A DNA stretch of 64,000 nucleotides from a virus (IMGVR_UViG_3300020577_005688:32001-96000); one strand, 5' to 3'; positions 1-9,851 are shown, numbered from the stretch's first letter. The notes: a model not told the origin generated them from the letters alone. Made by a program: numbers and translations.

Positions 1-362
1 GCTGCTTCTGGAGCAGGTGCTACTTCCTGAGCAACTTCCTCCACCTTGATTGGCTCCGGGGCCGGAGGCTCAGCAGGCGGGTTCTCCGGAGGCGGGGGAG
101 GTGGAGGGTCCTGGAGTGGAACGGACGGCTGAACAGTTTCTTGTACTCCGTGTTTCTTGATGACGATGGCACCCGCTTTTTCAAGGCGGGTGAGGTGCGT
201 CTTATTCAATTCGAACTGTGTCTCCGTGAGCACGATTGGAGGATACCCACGTCGAAAGACCTTTCCGAGAACAACTGGCTCTTCTGCAAACAAAGAAGAG
301 GTCCTTTGAGCTGTGTTCAGCGACTGACCAGACTTCAATCCGCGATGGATTTCGTAGTGCAT
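1..362 (-). CDS. Hypothetical Pro-rich protein, runs off the left window edge
   Basis: ATG at 362-360 with GGAG RBS. The frame MHYEIHRGLKSGQ...QDPPPPPPPENPPAEPPAPEP stays open to position 1. Not in the supplied ORF track. Confidence 0.75.
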   Translation of the reverse strand, partial: MHYEIHRGLKSGQSLNTAQRTSSLFAEEPVVLGKVFRRGYPPIVLTETQFELNKTHLTRLEKAGAIVIKKHGVQETVQPSVPLQDPPPPPPPENPPAEPPAPEPIKVEEVAQEVAPAPEA

Positions 363-378
363 AAGACTCCAAATTGAG

Positions 379-732
379 TTACTTCGCCTCTGTGTCAGGC
401 CGTGCTGGGCCCTTTACGATACGGTGTGTCAGGCGTCCTCCGCCATACCCAACGAGAGCGTCACCGGCAGTTCCGACAGCGACTCTTGCGGCCAGTGATT
501 TCGGGCTTCCAGACGCTTTGAGTGCGATACGACGTGTTTTTGGGTGAGCGAGAATGGCAGCTCGCATCGCAGTACCCACTCCAGCATTTGCGATAGCACC
601 CCTCTTACCCCATTTGTGGGCACGTTCTTGCTCTGACTCTGCATTTTTCTCAAGATCTAGAAACTCTTGAGCGAGTTCTTCAATCTCGTCAACACTGTAT
701 CCGTACTCTGCGGCAATTTTTTGAAGTGACAT
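379..732 (-). CDS. Small putative internal head protein (KxA motifs, Gly/Ala-rich helices)
   Basis: AGGAG RBS; acidic N-terminus with QKIA and EKNA, followed by a basic Gly/Ala-rich segment; lies directly downstream of the capsid gene. Confidence 0.7.
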   Translation of the reverse strand: MSLQKIAAEYGYSVDEIEELAQEFLDLEKNAESEQERAHKWGKRGAIANAGVGTAMRAAILAHPKTRRIALKASGSPKSLAARVAVGTAGDALVGYGGGRLTHRIVKGPARPDTEAK

Positions 733-750
733 TGCGAGTCTCCTGGTAAG

Positions 751-785
751 AAAAAAGGGGAGGAGGAGATCTCTCCTCCTCCCCT
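751..785 (-). terminator. Intrinsic terminator after the major capsid gene
   Basis: Inverted repeat AGGGGAGGAGGA/TCCTCCTCCCCT with an A6 run on the + strand, giving a U-tract on the - strand. Confidence 0.85.
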
Positions 786-808
786 AGTTTAGGACAGGTG
801 TCTACGAA

Positions 809-1933
809 TTAGAACTGGTCGACCGCTGGGACCGTGAGACCGTCATCAGCACGGTTGTTCACAGTGAAGAGGCTCGACTCATCCTTCGGGAGAAGGTTGG
901 CGAAGCCCGAGTCAGTTGCACCAGGGGTCACGGAACCACCGAAGAGCTCCAGCTTGACGATGGAGGCGATGTTTCCGATACCGATGGCGATGTCTTCCCA
1001 CGACTGCCAGGTGATCAAGTTCGCGATCTTGTCGATGTAGAACTTGGTCTGGTTCAGGACGTAGAAGCGGCCCATGAACTCAGGAGCGGTGAAGCAGTAG
1101 ACGTTACCTTCGCGGAGGAGGTCCGTCTTGATGGTGCGGATGATCTTCAGACCGACAACCGTGTTGGCCTTCCAACCTTCAGTGGCCGTCTCACCAGCGA
1201 TGGTCATACCCACGTCCTGGATGGTCCAGTTCGTGAGATCATCGTAGTCTGGCTCGGTCATGACCATCTGGTTTGCACGCAGACGGCGGCGGTGCAGGAG
1301 CTTCTTGAGCTTCACGAAGTCCGGCTTGAGGATTGGGTAGATGGTGAAGTCGTTGGCACCAGCGGACAGCGTGCCTTCGCCCTTCACAACCGACGCACCG
1401 ACAACCGAGCTGGCGTTGACGTTGGTCACGTTGAAAGCAGTGGCCACGTTGCCGTTGGCGTCGAGCTGGTAGGCCTGGACAGCAGCCTCGATGAAGACGA
1501 GGAACTGACGGTCCTCGATCTCCTGGATGTCCTTCACCGAGTTCTCTTCGATGATCTTGGTGATGGGCATCTCGTAGGCGAGCAGTTCCTGCTCCGTCTT
1601 CTCGAACTTCTCCGACCCGATCGTGAAGAACGGGATCTCAAAACGAGGAGCACGGATGAAGCGGGCAGTTGGCTGACCACGGAAGGTGAGAGCAACGGCC
1701 TTCGAGTTGGGCTCGATGTCGATGATCTTGACCAGGGTGTCGTGGTTCACTGAACGCTGGCACTCCGTCCTCTGGACAGGCTGAGGGGGGAGAATCTTGC
1801 GTGCAAACGAGACTTCACGCAGACGGTCTCGGATGTACGTTCCACCGAACTCGGCAATCTTCTCCTTGCCTTCGGTGGTTGCGACCTTCTCGAAGAAAAG
1901 GTCATTCAGGACTTTGGCTGGGACGGCACTCAT
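809..1933 (-). CDS. Major capsid protein (HK97-fold likely)
   Basis: True start MSAVPAK at 1933 with GGAGA RBS (374 aa). It sits after protease, scaffold and decoration genes, shows strongly biased codon use, has a downstream terminator, and contains capsid-like motifs (RDRLREVSFARKILPP, IQEIEDRQF). Confidence 0.8.
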   Translation of the reverse strand: MSAVPAKVLNDLFFEKVATTEGKEKIAEFGGTYIRDRLREVSFARKILPPQPVQRTECQRSVNHDTLVKIIDIEPNSKAVALTFRGQPTARFIRAPRFEIPFFTIGSEKFEKTEQELLAYEMPITKIIEENSVKDIQEIEDRQFLVFIEAAVQAYQLDANGNVATAFNVTNVNASSVVGASVVKGEGTLSAGANDFTIYPILKPDFVKLKKLLHRRRLRANQMVMTEPDYDDLTNWTIQDVGMTIAGETATEGWKANTVVGLKIIRTIKTDLLREGNVYCFTAPEFMGRFYVLNQTKFYIDKIANLITWQSWEDIAIGIGNIASIVKLELFGGSVTPGATDSGFANLLPKDESSLFTVNNRADDGLTVPAVDQF

Positions 1934-1964
1934 GTGTTTTTCTCCGTTCAATTCAGTTAGTGGA

Positions 1965-2450
1965 TTAGACCTTGACGTTGGCCATGTGGACGAAGCGAAC
2001 CTTGCTTCCCGTAATCTTCGACACGTAGCCAACAATGATGCGGTTTGCAGTCGCACCAGTGAGAGCAAGACCACGGCGCACGATGCCGCCAATGGTGATG
2101 TCTTGAACGGTAAGGGCCGAACCAATAACGAGCGAGGTCGTGTTCACGATCTGAGTTTCGGCCTCATACGTGCCGAACATCAGGACGTTCACCTTCTTGA
2201 TTGCCTGAACATCGTAGCGACCCTTCTCAGTGTGAACAGGGAAGACGTTGTACTGAGTTGCTTCGTCTGCCGTTCCTGAGTTGTTATCACCACCACGAGC
2301 AAGCTGGTAGGACGAGTTGAGCTCAAGCCACTCACCTTCAACGAGTGGACGAACCGTGAGAGGAGCAAGCATCGTCTCGTCCGCAACTGGGAAATCGCGG
2401 CGGTGAAGAGTCTGGAGCTCCGTGATGAGTTCAAACAGTGGTGCGGGCAT
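1965..2450 (-). CDS. Putative capsid decoration/cement protein
   Basis: 161 aa, beta-rich, immediately upstream of the major capsid gene, GGAGA RBS. Confidence 0.6.
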   Translation of the reverse strand: MPAPLFELITELQTLHRRDFPVADETMLAPLTVRPLVEGEWLELNSSYQLARGGDNNSGTADEATQYNVFPVHTEKGRYDVQAIKKVNVLMFGTYEAETQIVNTTSLVIGSALTVQDITIGGIVRRGLALTGATANRIIVGYVSKITGSKVRFVHMANVKV

Positions 2451-2494
2451 TTTGTTGTTTCTCCGTTAGGGTGTGTTTGTTGGTCTTGAGAGCG

Positions 2495-2857
2495 TTAGTC
2501 GATTCCAGCGAGGGAGGCTGCGAAGACATCTTCTGCAGCACTTCCAGAACCTTCAACAACAACTGAACCAGAGTCCGCGATTGAAGCGAGCTTGGTCTGA
2601 GGGGCGGACATGCCGATTGCTTCCTCAACTGCATCAAGGTTGTCCTTGCGCATGAGCGAAGCAACCTTCTCTTCGTAGGAGAGTTCGGGGTTCAGACTCT
2701 TCTCTTCCATCTGAGAAGCAATCTTCTCCACGCGCTCCCTGTGTTCGAAGGCTGCCACCTTCTCCTTCAGTTGCTGGTTCTCTTCTGCAAGAGAACGGAG
2801 CGAACCGGCAGCCAGCTTCATCATTTGACCGACTTGAACGTTGCTGAGCTTATCCAT
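2495..2857 (-). CDS. Putative scaffold/head assembly protein (coiled coil)
   Basis: Helical, charged 120 aa; EKVA, EKIA and TKLA motifs; within the head operon. Confidence 0.6.
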   Translation of the reverse strand: MDKLSNVQVGQMMKLAAGSLRSLAEENQQLKEKVAAFEHRERVEKIASQMEEKSLNPELSYEEKVASLMRKDNLDAVEEAIGMSAPQTKLASIADSGSVVVEGSGSAAEDVFAASLAGID

Positions 2858-2877
2858 GATTGTTGGCTCCTTTCCTC

Positions 2878-3927
2878 TTACATCATGCCCATTGGCTTCG
2901 GAGGCGTCATTCCAGCACCCATTGCCGGAGCGCCGCCCATGCTCTTCTTCTCCAACTTCTTCTTCTCAAGCGCCTTCTTCAGTTGCTCATGACGAGGATC
3001 CTTTTCATCCTCGGCAATCTTCTGAAGGAGTGCCTTTGCCGCTGCGATCTTCACGCCACCCTTGGAGGCGTTACGCAGATTCTCATGAACCTTCGAGTCG
3101 TTTGCCTTTGAGTACGCAGGCTCAGTCAGGACCTCAGAAAGCATCTTCTTCTGTGGGCCCTTTCCATCAACCTTCTTCATGTTGATAGCAGCCTTGCTCG
3201 ACTCAAGAGGAGAGCGAACGTTGTTTCCGCCCTTTGAGTCAGAGGGAGGAGCAGTCTTCACCTTATCGTCGGTGAGGACCTCACCACCACCCTTGGCCTC
3301 GGCCATCTTGCCGAGAATGAATTCAAGAGCGGCAGACTTCTTCTCCTTCTTCTCGTCTCCCTCTTCCTTCTTCTCTTCCTTCTTAGGCTCTTCCTTCTTG
3401 TCTTCGTCCTTCTTCTTTAGAGCCTGAATCTTTGCCATCACACCTTCAGCGGCTGTCTTGAGGACGCCCTTCTTTGGATAGGCGGCCCCACCTGGTGCCT
3501 TGGCGTGGTCGTTCTGGACTTGAGTAGACGCACCAACCTCAGCCTTCTGCTCTGGGGTGTGCATTGGCACATTGTGAGACTTCGACTTGTCGTGCTTGTA
3601 GGGCTGTGTTCCAGAGACTGGCTTCATCGTTGCCAAGGTCTCTCCGCCCTGCTTCTTCTCTGTCCCAAGGTAGGTTGCATCGGAGGCAATCTTCTCTCCG
3701 ACTTCCTCAAGGGCGGAAGCAAGCTTCTCGACGTCATCAAAGTCGGCAGACGACTTCTTCTCCTTGTCGTCTTCCTTCTTCTCTTCCTTCTTCTTCATGA
3801 AAGGAAGTGCCTTCTTCTCGTCCTTCTTCTCTTCACCCTCTGACGCGATCTTGACCTGAGCGCCAGAAATCACGCTCGAAATCATTTCGTGCAGAGAGAC
3901 TTGACCTGCAAGCTTTGAGTGCATCAT
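2878..3927 (-). CDS. Lys/Glu-rich putative scaffold/internal head protein
   Basis: Low-complexity K/E tracts separated by SKLA, VKIA, EKLA, EKIA, LKTA, GKMA and QKIA. Confidence 0.65.
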   Translation of the reverse strand: MMHSKLAGQVSLHEMISSVISGAQVKIASEGEEKKDEKKALPFMKKKEEKKEDDKEKKSSADFDDVEKLASALEEVGEKIASDATYLGTEKKQGGETLATMKPVSGTQPYKHDKSKSHNVPMHTPEQKAEVGASTQVQNDHAKAPGGAAYPKKGVLKTAAEGVMAKIQALKKKDEDKKEEPKKEEKKEEGDEKKEKKSAALEFILGKMAEAKGGGEVLTDDKVKTAPPSDSKGGNNVRSPLESSKAAINMKKVDGKGPQKKMLSEVLTEPAYSKANDSKVHENLRNASKGGVKIAAAKALLQKIAEDEKDPRHEQLKKALEKKKLEKKSMGGAPAMGAGMTPPKPMGMM

Positions 3928-3933
3928 GGTCTC

Positions 3934-4206
3934 CTACAAATCTCCCCTCGGGAATGCGACAGGGGGTGGTTGGATTACTTTCGAACTCTCAGCAAGATCC
4001 GTTGAAGTTGCCGGTTGGGTCGGATCCTTGTGGACTTTGCTGTAATTTGGTTGTTTTGTCGACAGTGCCGTTCCCTTGCGAGAAACTACTTTCGTCACTT
4101 CCCCAACAGTCGCTGGCTTAACTGCAGCCATTCCAATCTTTTGGAGCTCATCTGAGAACCCCATCAACATTTCCAAACTGAGCTTGGGGATGTTGATGGA
4201 ATTCAC
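3934..4206 (-). CDS. Small protein carrying the FxDELxKI tag
   Basis: GFSDELQKIG near the N-terminus; GGAG RBS. Confidence 0.65.
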   Translation of the reverse strand: MNSINIPKLSLEMLMGFSDELQKIGMAAVKPATVGEVTKVVSRKGTALSTKQPNYSKVHKDPTQPATSTDLAESSKVIQPPPVAFPRGDL

Positions 4207-4222
4207 AGACTCTCCGAATGAA

Positions 4223-4252
4223 TCGTGGGGGAGAGTAATCCCTCCCCCACGA
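4223..4252. other. Intergenic stem-loop with no clear U-tract
   Basis: TCGTGGGGGA...TCCCCCACGA inverted repeat between two co-directional head genes. Confidence 0.55.
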
Positions 4253-4260
4253 AGAAACGA

Positions 4261-5070
4261 TTACTCGGCTTCAGCCTCTTCCGACTCGAACTCATAGCCT
4301 TCTGCCTGGAGAAGCTCCATTGCACGGGCCTCAACAGCAGCAGCAAGAGCGTCAGCAGGATTCGAAGCGGTCTTCTCTTCGACCTCTGCCTCCTCGTTGT
4401 AGTCGATGCCATTCTCAGCAAGGATCTCAAGAGCACGCTGAGCCGCGAGCGTGTCAAGAGCGGAAACCGCGCTCGACTTCTTGTCCTTGTACTTCTTGGC
4501 CGCAGCTCCAGTACCAACGGCCCCAGCACCAGCAACGCCCAGAGCCTTCACGGAATTCTTGTTTTCCTTGATAGTCCTCTTCACTCCGTGGGTCTTGACG
4601 CTATCCTTGAGGGCAGAAGCAGCCTGACGAGGGCTCTTGGCCATGTACGCGAGGTCCTTGAATCCTCCCTTCACATCCTCCTTGTGACGCTTGAGGTGGC
4701 CCATGACCTTTCCAGCAGTCTCCTTCACTCCTGCCTCCTTCTCGATGTTCCTGAGCTCCTGAACATACGAGTGAGCCATCACGCGGCCGAGGTAGTCAGC
4801 TTCGGCGAGCTTCTCAGAGGCCTGCTTCTCCTCAGTCTCCTCCGTTGCCTCAGCCTCTTCGGTCTCCTCAGCTGCCTGAGTCTGCTCGTCAGCACCCTGA
4901 GCGAGAACTTCCTGAGCGAGGGCCTCGATCTGGTCCTCAGACATGCCTTCGAGGTTGAGGGACTCGTCACCAGCGAGCTTCTCAGCGAGTTGAGCAGCGG
5001 CCACCTTCTCAGTGTCCTGGGTCTGCTCTTCCGAGTTCGTTCCGTAGATTTCTGCGAGACGTGGATCCAT
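4261..5070 (-). CDS. Acidic scaffold-like head protein with a basic internal cassette
   Basis: E/A-rich; EKVA, EKLA, EKQA, EKEA and EKTA motifs; a basic Gly-rich insert lies between EKEA and KKSSA; directly downstream of the protease. Confidence 0.7.
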   Translation of the reverse strand: MDPRLAEIYGTNSEEQTQDTEKVAAAQLAEKLAGDESLNLEGMSEDQIEALAQEVLAQGADEQTQAAEETEEAEATEETEEKQASEKLAEADYLGRVMAHSYVQELRNIEKEAGVKETAGKVMGHLKRHKEDVKGGFKDLAYMAKSPRQAASALKDSVKTHGVKRTIKENKNSVKALGVAGAGAVGTGAAAKKYKDKKSSAVSALDTLAAQRALEILAENGIDYNEEAEVEEKTASNPADALAAAVEARAMELLQAEGYEFESEEAEAE

Positions 5071-5181
5071 TTGTTTTCTTCTCCGTGGGTATTGCGATTT
5101 TGGGTTGGCCGTCTTTGAGGCTTCTGCCTCTAGGCTGTGAAATCAGACATTCAATTGTCTGCACCGTTTACTTCGTTGAGG

Positions 5182-6762
5182 TTACCTCTCAGTGTATGCG
5201 CCCTGCAAGTACGTCACTGAATCGGGAGATAGGATTGAAGCGGTAGTGGCTGTCTTGTCAAACAGACTCGACAGGCGCACTCCGTAAACCTGCTCTCTCA
5301 ATGTTGGGTCGCTCTCAACCACTGCCTCAACCTTTGAAATCTTCGTCATGATGTTTTGCCTATAACCGTTATAGGCAGCACTGACTTTATCCAAGAGAGG
5401 ATGTTCGATTGGTTTACGGGTGGGAAGAGGGATTTTTTCTACCGAGACCCTAATGGAACGGTGCTTGAGAGGTTCGCCGAATCCGGAACGGGAACTGAGG
5501 TAGGGCTTGAGCAACTCAAGGAGTCGTGAGCCATGAACAGATGGGTCCGCGTCAAGCATTGAGTTGACACCTTCAACTCGTCTAAACACACCGTTACTTG
5601 AATCAAGCTCATCAGCAAAGTCCCTTTCACCCATTCTAATGAGGACAATCCTCTGGAACTCGTGGGGCTTGAGAACAATACCAAGTCCCATGGAGTTTCC
5701 AACGATTTCCTTCAAAGGATGGGTCTCCGCCATCTCATCCAAGGTCTCTGGCTTGATGTCTGGCTCGGAAGCCTCCAAAGCTGGAAGGACCTTCTGAGTG
5801 AAGTGACCTGCAGGAACCTGCTTCACGATTTCGCTTGTCTTGACTGAGAAGCCTTCGGCGAGCTTTTCGAATGGGTCGCATGTTCCACACCCACAAGCAC
5901 ACGAGGCTGCAGCAGCTTTGAACATTCCAGCGAGAGAAGGAGAGTTACCTGCAGTGACCTCTTGGACATGAGCGGAAAGAGATGGGACAGCACAGATGTC
6001 TCCAAGGCAAATCACATCTCCCCTTGATGCCACCTTCGCCATCACCTTCGCAGTTTTATCAGCTCCAATGAATACGAAGCTGATGTCGAAGAACTTTGGC
6101 TGCGTGTTGATGACGTAGATTCTGCGGCCATCTGGGAGAATCTTGTTTGGGCCATAGACGCTCCGGAGTTCCGGAGGAGGCATCATGTGCTGACAGTAAT
6201 CGAAACGCGTCTTCGACTTCTGACCACAGATTGAGCAAACGTCGAATGGGACCTTGCACCCCATCGACACGTCTGGGAACTCACCACCTTCGATTCTGGT
6301 GATGATGCCGTCAGCCTGCTCTTCTTTTGCTTTCGCCCTATCAAGTCGAACAATCAGTTCGACTCTCTTCATCGGATGGTTCAGTACAGAGAGAACTGGA
6401 ACACCGAATGCTCTGGTTGGGTCCTTGTTCTTGTGGTGCTGATAAGCGTGGGCAAAGGTCTCAAACGTCTTGTAGCCGTAGTCGTTGCCTTCATGAGCCA
6501 AGGCATTCCACGGAAAGAAGTCTGCATTGATGTTCGAGCCGAAGTACTCACCAGCACCCAAAGCATTCACCAGGACGTAGACGTGCTTCTTTCTGTCCTC
6601 TTTGGTGAGCTTTGAGATGTATTTCCTCAGAGCGTCTCCAGTCTCCCAGTCAGCAAATGGAGGAGCTCCTGCCTGCTTCTCAAAGGCCCCACTGGAGCCG
6701 AAGAGAGACTGACAGAAGATCCCCATCTCAGTCTGACCTTGAAACTGAATCTGCTTATCCAT
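5182..6762 (-). CDS. Prohead maturation protease (HK97/assemblin-like) with zinc-finger insert
   Basis: NINADFFP, HHKNKDP (candidate His), VSMGCKVPFDVCSICG (candidate Ser plus CxxC) and DISFVFIGAD motifs; upstream of scaffold and capsid genes. An alternative TTG start lies at 6774. Confidence 0.75.
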   Translation of the reverse strand: MDKQIQFQGQTEMGIFCQSLFGSSGAFEKQAGAPPFADWETGDALRKYISKLTKEDRKKHVYVLVNALGAGEYFGSNINADFFPWNALAHEGNDYGYKTFETFAHAYQHHKNKDPTRAFGVPVLSVLNHPMKRVELIVRLDRAKAKEEQADGIITRIEGGEFPDVSMGCKVPFDVCSICGQKSKTRFDYCQHMMPPPELRSVYGPNKILPDGRRIYVINTQPKFFDISFVFIGADKTAKVMAKVASRGDVICLGDICAVPSLSAHVQEVTAGNSPSLAGMFKAAAASCACGCGTCDPFEKLAEGFSVKTSEIVKQVPAGHFTQKVLPALEASEPDIKPETLDEMAETHPLKEIVGNSMGLGIVLKPHEFQRIVLIRMGERDFADELDSSNGVFRRVEGVNSMLDADPSVHGSRLLELLKPYLSSRSGFGEPLKHRSIRVSVEKIPLPTRKPIEHPLLDKVSAAYNGYRQNIMTKISKVEAVVESDPTLREQVYGVRLSSLFDKTATTASILSPDSVTYLQGAYTER

Positions 6763-6774
6763 CGAGGTCACCAA

Positions 6775-7478
6775 TTAGAACGGCGATGAGGATCCTTGGT
6801 TCTTCTTGTACTCTTTGCGGTCTTCTGAATCAGAGCGGAGCTTTTCCCTGTAGTCTTCCTTCTTCTTGAAGTCTTCGAATGTCTCCCTGCCTTCTGACTT
6901 ATCATTCTTTAGCATCAGAGGTGCAAGCTTGGAGACTTCCTGGAAGTGCTTCGATTTGGCGTTGTTGATGTTTGACTGAGTAGAGATGATGTCCTGCATC
7001 GTTTTGTAACTCTGACCAGGAAGCTCAGCAACGATCCTCAGCAGAGAGCCTCCAACAAGAGGGTCAGAGGTCATATCGGGAGCAAAACGATGGATAGCAT
7101 TGAAAGCCATCGTAAGATCTTTCTTATTCAACTCTCTCTTTAGAGACGGGTTAGCTTCCATAATTCGCTTAAAGTTTCGGCTCTTTGTCAGACCTCTCCG
7201 AGCGGCGTCATAAAGATCAGTTGCGGCTGAGCTCATAACACCAGCAGCTACACTCGATCCAAGGAGTACACCCACTCTCTTGGCCGTATCTAGAATCGTA
7301 GACTGAGAGACTTCTGCTGTCTTCTCCTTGATGGTCTCAAAAATGACCTCAAAGTCACGAAAGATGTCTTTCGTAAACTCGGGAGCAAGCTTGTCACTCA
7401 ACGCAATGACTTGTGCGGTCTTCGCCATCATCTCTGGCTGAAATTCTTCGACTTCCTTCAAGAGTTCTTCAAGAGTCA
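6775..7478 (-). CDS. Putative internal virion protein
   Basis: ATG at 7478 with GGAG RBS; AKTA, DKLA and EKTA motifs followed by the hydrophobic helix VGVLLGSSVAAGVMSSAA. Confidence 0.65.
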
Positions 7479-7494
7479 TTTGATTCTCCAAAAA

Positions 7495-7929
7495 TCAGAT
7501 TTGGTGATTCTCTGGGCGGAAGCCCTGTTTGAATTGCTTGTACTTAGAAGGGGCTTTTGCTGCAGAAGACATCAGCATCGCTCCACCCGCGACAGAACCA
7601 GCGACAGGAAGAACCCCATGCTTTCCTGCTTGATTCTTGAAGTGATTGGCAATCCGACCCATCACTCCACGTTTCTGAGCTGCAGGAGATACTGGGGCTG
7701 TCTTTGGAGCAGGTGCTTGTTGCTTCACAGGAGCAGTTGCTGTCGGAGTTGACACAGGAGCGGAGGACGGTGCCGCTTTTGAGGCTGCTTCTGCTGTGGC
7801 TTTATTTTGAAGTGACTTGAAAGTAGCCTGACGTTCTACCATCGAGGCACTTGCGCCCATACCACGGGCGGCAGTCTTACGAAGTGCATTTGAAAAGGAG
7901 GCAATCTTTTTCAATCTCGAATGAAGCAC
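7495..7929 (-). CDS. Basic Ala-rich putative internal virion protein
   Basis: KKIASFSNALRKTA (degenerate tag) and a Gly-rich hydrophobic C-terminal helix. Confidence 0.6.
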   Translation of the reverse strand: MLHSRLKKIASFSNALRKTAARGMGASASMVERQATFKSLQNKATAEAASKAAPSSAPVSTPTATAPVKQQAPAPKTAPVSPAAQKRGVMGRIANHFKNQAGKHGVLPVAGSVAGGAMLMSSAAKAPSKYKQFKQGFRPENHQI

Positions 7930-7931
7930 GA

Positions 7932-9035
7932 TTAACCTCCGAAGTTCGTTGGAGGTACAGGAGCGGGCTGCTTCTTTGGAACCATAGATGCCGCAGTTGC
8001 AACGGTTGAGACTGGGTTCCGCTTCATCTCACCAATTGCATTACGGGCGAGTGACCCACCCAATGTCTTTGACTTCAACATAGAGGATCCAGCAGCGAGA
8101 AGACCCCTCCCAGCTGCCATAACGGCAGGAGCGAAGGCACTCTTGATGAAACTATTGACATCAGAGAGCTCGGACTGAACTTCCTCAAGCGCAGTCATGG
8201 TGGTCCTCAAGTCCTCACCAGACATGATCATTGCTGAGTATGACTGAATGAGTGGGTGAGTGGGGTCGACCAGACCGTGAGCCAACTTTTCCCCTTCGGC
8301 GAGCTGCTTCTTTAGCTGCGAGACAGAAGCAACCTTCTCCTGAATAAGACGACCGACGATGGGTTCCAAAAGAGTCTTGGTCTCATCGCCAGTGATTGTC
8401 TCGGTTGCAGCGTAAGCCTCGCCGAAGGAGCCTCCATCAAGAATGTGACGCTTGAGCACGTCGTAGAACTCAGACGCCGCCTCCTTGAAGAGGGACTCAT
8501 GCTGGTTGAACCTATCCATCAGGTTATCACGCAAGGAAGACAGAGTCTCCTTTGCAGACATGACCTCATGGACGATTGTTTCTTTGCTGTAGTTCTTCTC
8601 TTCTCCGGCCGTCTTGAACATGTCGGCCAGACCCTGTTCCGTCTCCTTCGAGGAGGTCTTCACCTTCTTGATTTGCCTGTTGTAGTCGATGTCGGTGTTT
8701 GTTACCACCGTTGGACGAGCTCCATCGGACAAATCCTGAATCACTCTTCCAGCATCTGCGAGGTCGAACTGAGGATAGCTGTGGTCAGAACCAGCCGTCT
8801 TATCTTGGTCGTGCTTTGCGAGGTACACAGCCGTGTTCGCAAATTCAACGACTCGCTTAACCTGCTCCGGCGAGATATAGTCATGCTGAGCAGCGAGCTT
8901 TGAGATACTGTCATTCAATGACACGCCATCCCTCAGAAACATGGTTGCAGCTTCTTTGCCCATCATCTCAAGAGACTCGGGCGAAAGCTTGGCGTGATTC
9001 TTTCCGCTCAAGAGGTAGTCTGTAAACTCATCCAT
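7932..9035 (-). CDS. Putative head/core protein, first gene of the head operon
   Basis: GAGGAG RBS; helical; many KxA motifs (GKEA, SKLA, DKTA, FKTA, FKEA, EKVA, EKLA, IKSA); basic tail after the last motif. Confidence 0.7.
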   Translation of the reverse strand: MDEFTDYLLSGKNHAKLSPESLEMMGKEAATMFLRDGVSLNDSISKLAAQHDYISPEQVKRVVEFANTAVYLAKHDQDKTAGSDHSYPQFDLADAGRVIQDLSDGARPTVVTNTDIDYNRQIKKVKTSSKETEQGLADMFKTAGEEKNYSKETIVHEVMSAKETLSSLRDNLMDRFNQHESLFKEAASEFYDVLKRHILDGGSFGEAYAATETITGDETKTLLEPIVGRLIQEKVASVSQLKKQLAEGEKLAHGLVDPTHPLIQSYSAMIMSGEDLRTTMTALEEVQSELSDVNSFIKSAFAPAVMAAGRGLLAAGSSMLKSKTLGGSLARNAIGEMKRNPVSTVATAASMVPKKQPAPVPPTNFGG

Positions 9036-9090
9036 TGCGGTAAGCTCCTCAAAGTGGTGGAGAACTTTAGGGTAAAATCCAGGAGGATAC

Positions 9091-9792
9091 GTGGGAAGCC
9101 TTTTCTATTCTTTCCAAGAGGCTGCGAACAGCCTTGGGTGCTCGAAGCGCACGATTCACAACTACATCAAACAGGGTTACCTGCGAAAGTCAAACCAAGA
9201 AGGGAAGGTAGTCCTTTTCAGGGAGGACGTCGAGCAGCTTGCCGCAGAGACGGGCGTAAACCTCCCACCGTTCAACCGGAAGAATTTCTTCTTGTTGTTG
9301 CGGAGAGTTGAGAAACTCGAACAGGACATGCTGGTGGCAAGGAGAAGACTGGACATTCAGGCTGACCCTCTGAGGCCCTCTGCACAGGAGGCGGCTCTAT
9401 TGATGAGAGAAGCGGAGCATGCGTTTGTTCGTGGAACGTGGTCAGAGCCAGAGATGGAGCAATGGGTGTCTGTCTTTGAGCGCCTCGATGAGACAGCCCT
9501 TGAGTCAATGAAGAAACATCTTGGGAGTCTCAATCCCTATGAACCCTTCTTCAAGCTCGTGATGGCCATGATGCAGAGTGTCGCTTCGATTGAAAACTTC
9601 GAAACATCTCTGCCTGCGCAGCTCATGCACAAGAAGTTGGATGAAGGACGTAGGAAGATGAGGGAGTGCATCTTCATGTGGCTCAAGGTCTCCTCGCCAC
9701 TCAATGCCGATGAGGTCGTTCAGTCTCTGGATACAGAGAAGGAAAAGCTCTTCAAGAAGCTCAAAGCAAATAAACCAAGTCCCACGGCATAA
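9091..9792 (+). CDS. Excisionase/MerR-type HTH DNA-binding protein
   Basis: N-terminal YSFQEAANSLGCSKRTIHNYIKQGYLR; AGGAGG RBS before the GTG start. Confidence 0.75.
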   Translation: MGSLFYSFQEAANSLGCSKRTIHNYIKQGYLRKSNQEGKVVLFREDVEQLAAETGVNLPPFNRKNFFLLLRRVEKLEQDMLVARRRLDIQADPLRPSAQEAALLMREAEHAFVRGTWSEPEMEQWVSVFERLDETALESMKKHLGSLNPYEPFFKLVMAMMQSVASIENFETSLPAQLMHKKLDEGRRKMRECIFMWLKVSSPLNADEVVQSLDTEKEKLFKKLKANKPSPTA

Positions 9793-9795
9793 GAG
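9786..9795 (+). promoter_or_regulatory. Putative phage promoter motif GGCATAAGAG
   Basis: Identical to 36511-36520; precedes the ORF starting at 9852. Confidence 0.5.
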
Positions 9796-9851
9796 TTTTG
9801 AACTCGGAATCGTTCCGCGTTCATTCTCTTCTAGAGGGGAAACTCAACATC

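Noticed and set aside
1934-2125. N-terminal extension of the capsid ORF to 2125
   Set aside because: Overlaps the decoration gene; the RBS and ATG at 1933 give the credible start.
2878-3927. CTT/TTC-rich tracts as DNA tandem repeats
   Set aside because: Explained by Lys/Glu low-complexity coding.
9091-9792. Excisionase implying a prophage, or a Nu1-like terminase small subunit
   Set aside because: No integrase, att site or host genes are in the window, and the gene is on the opposite strand to terL. Only the HTH is supportable.
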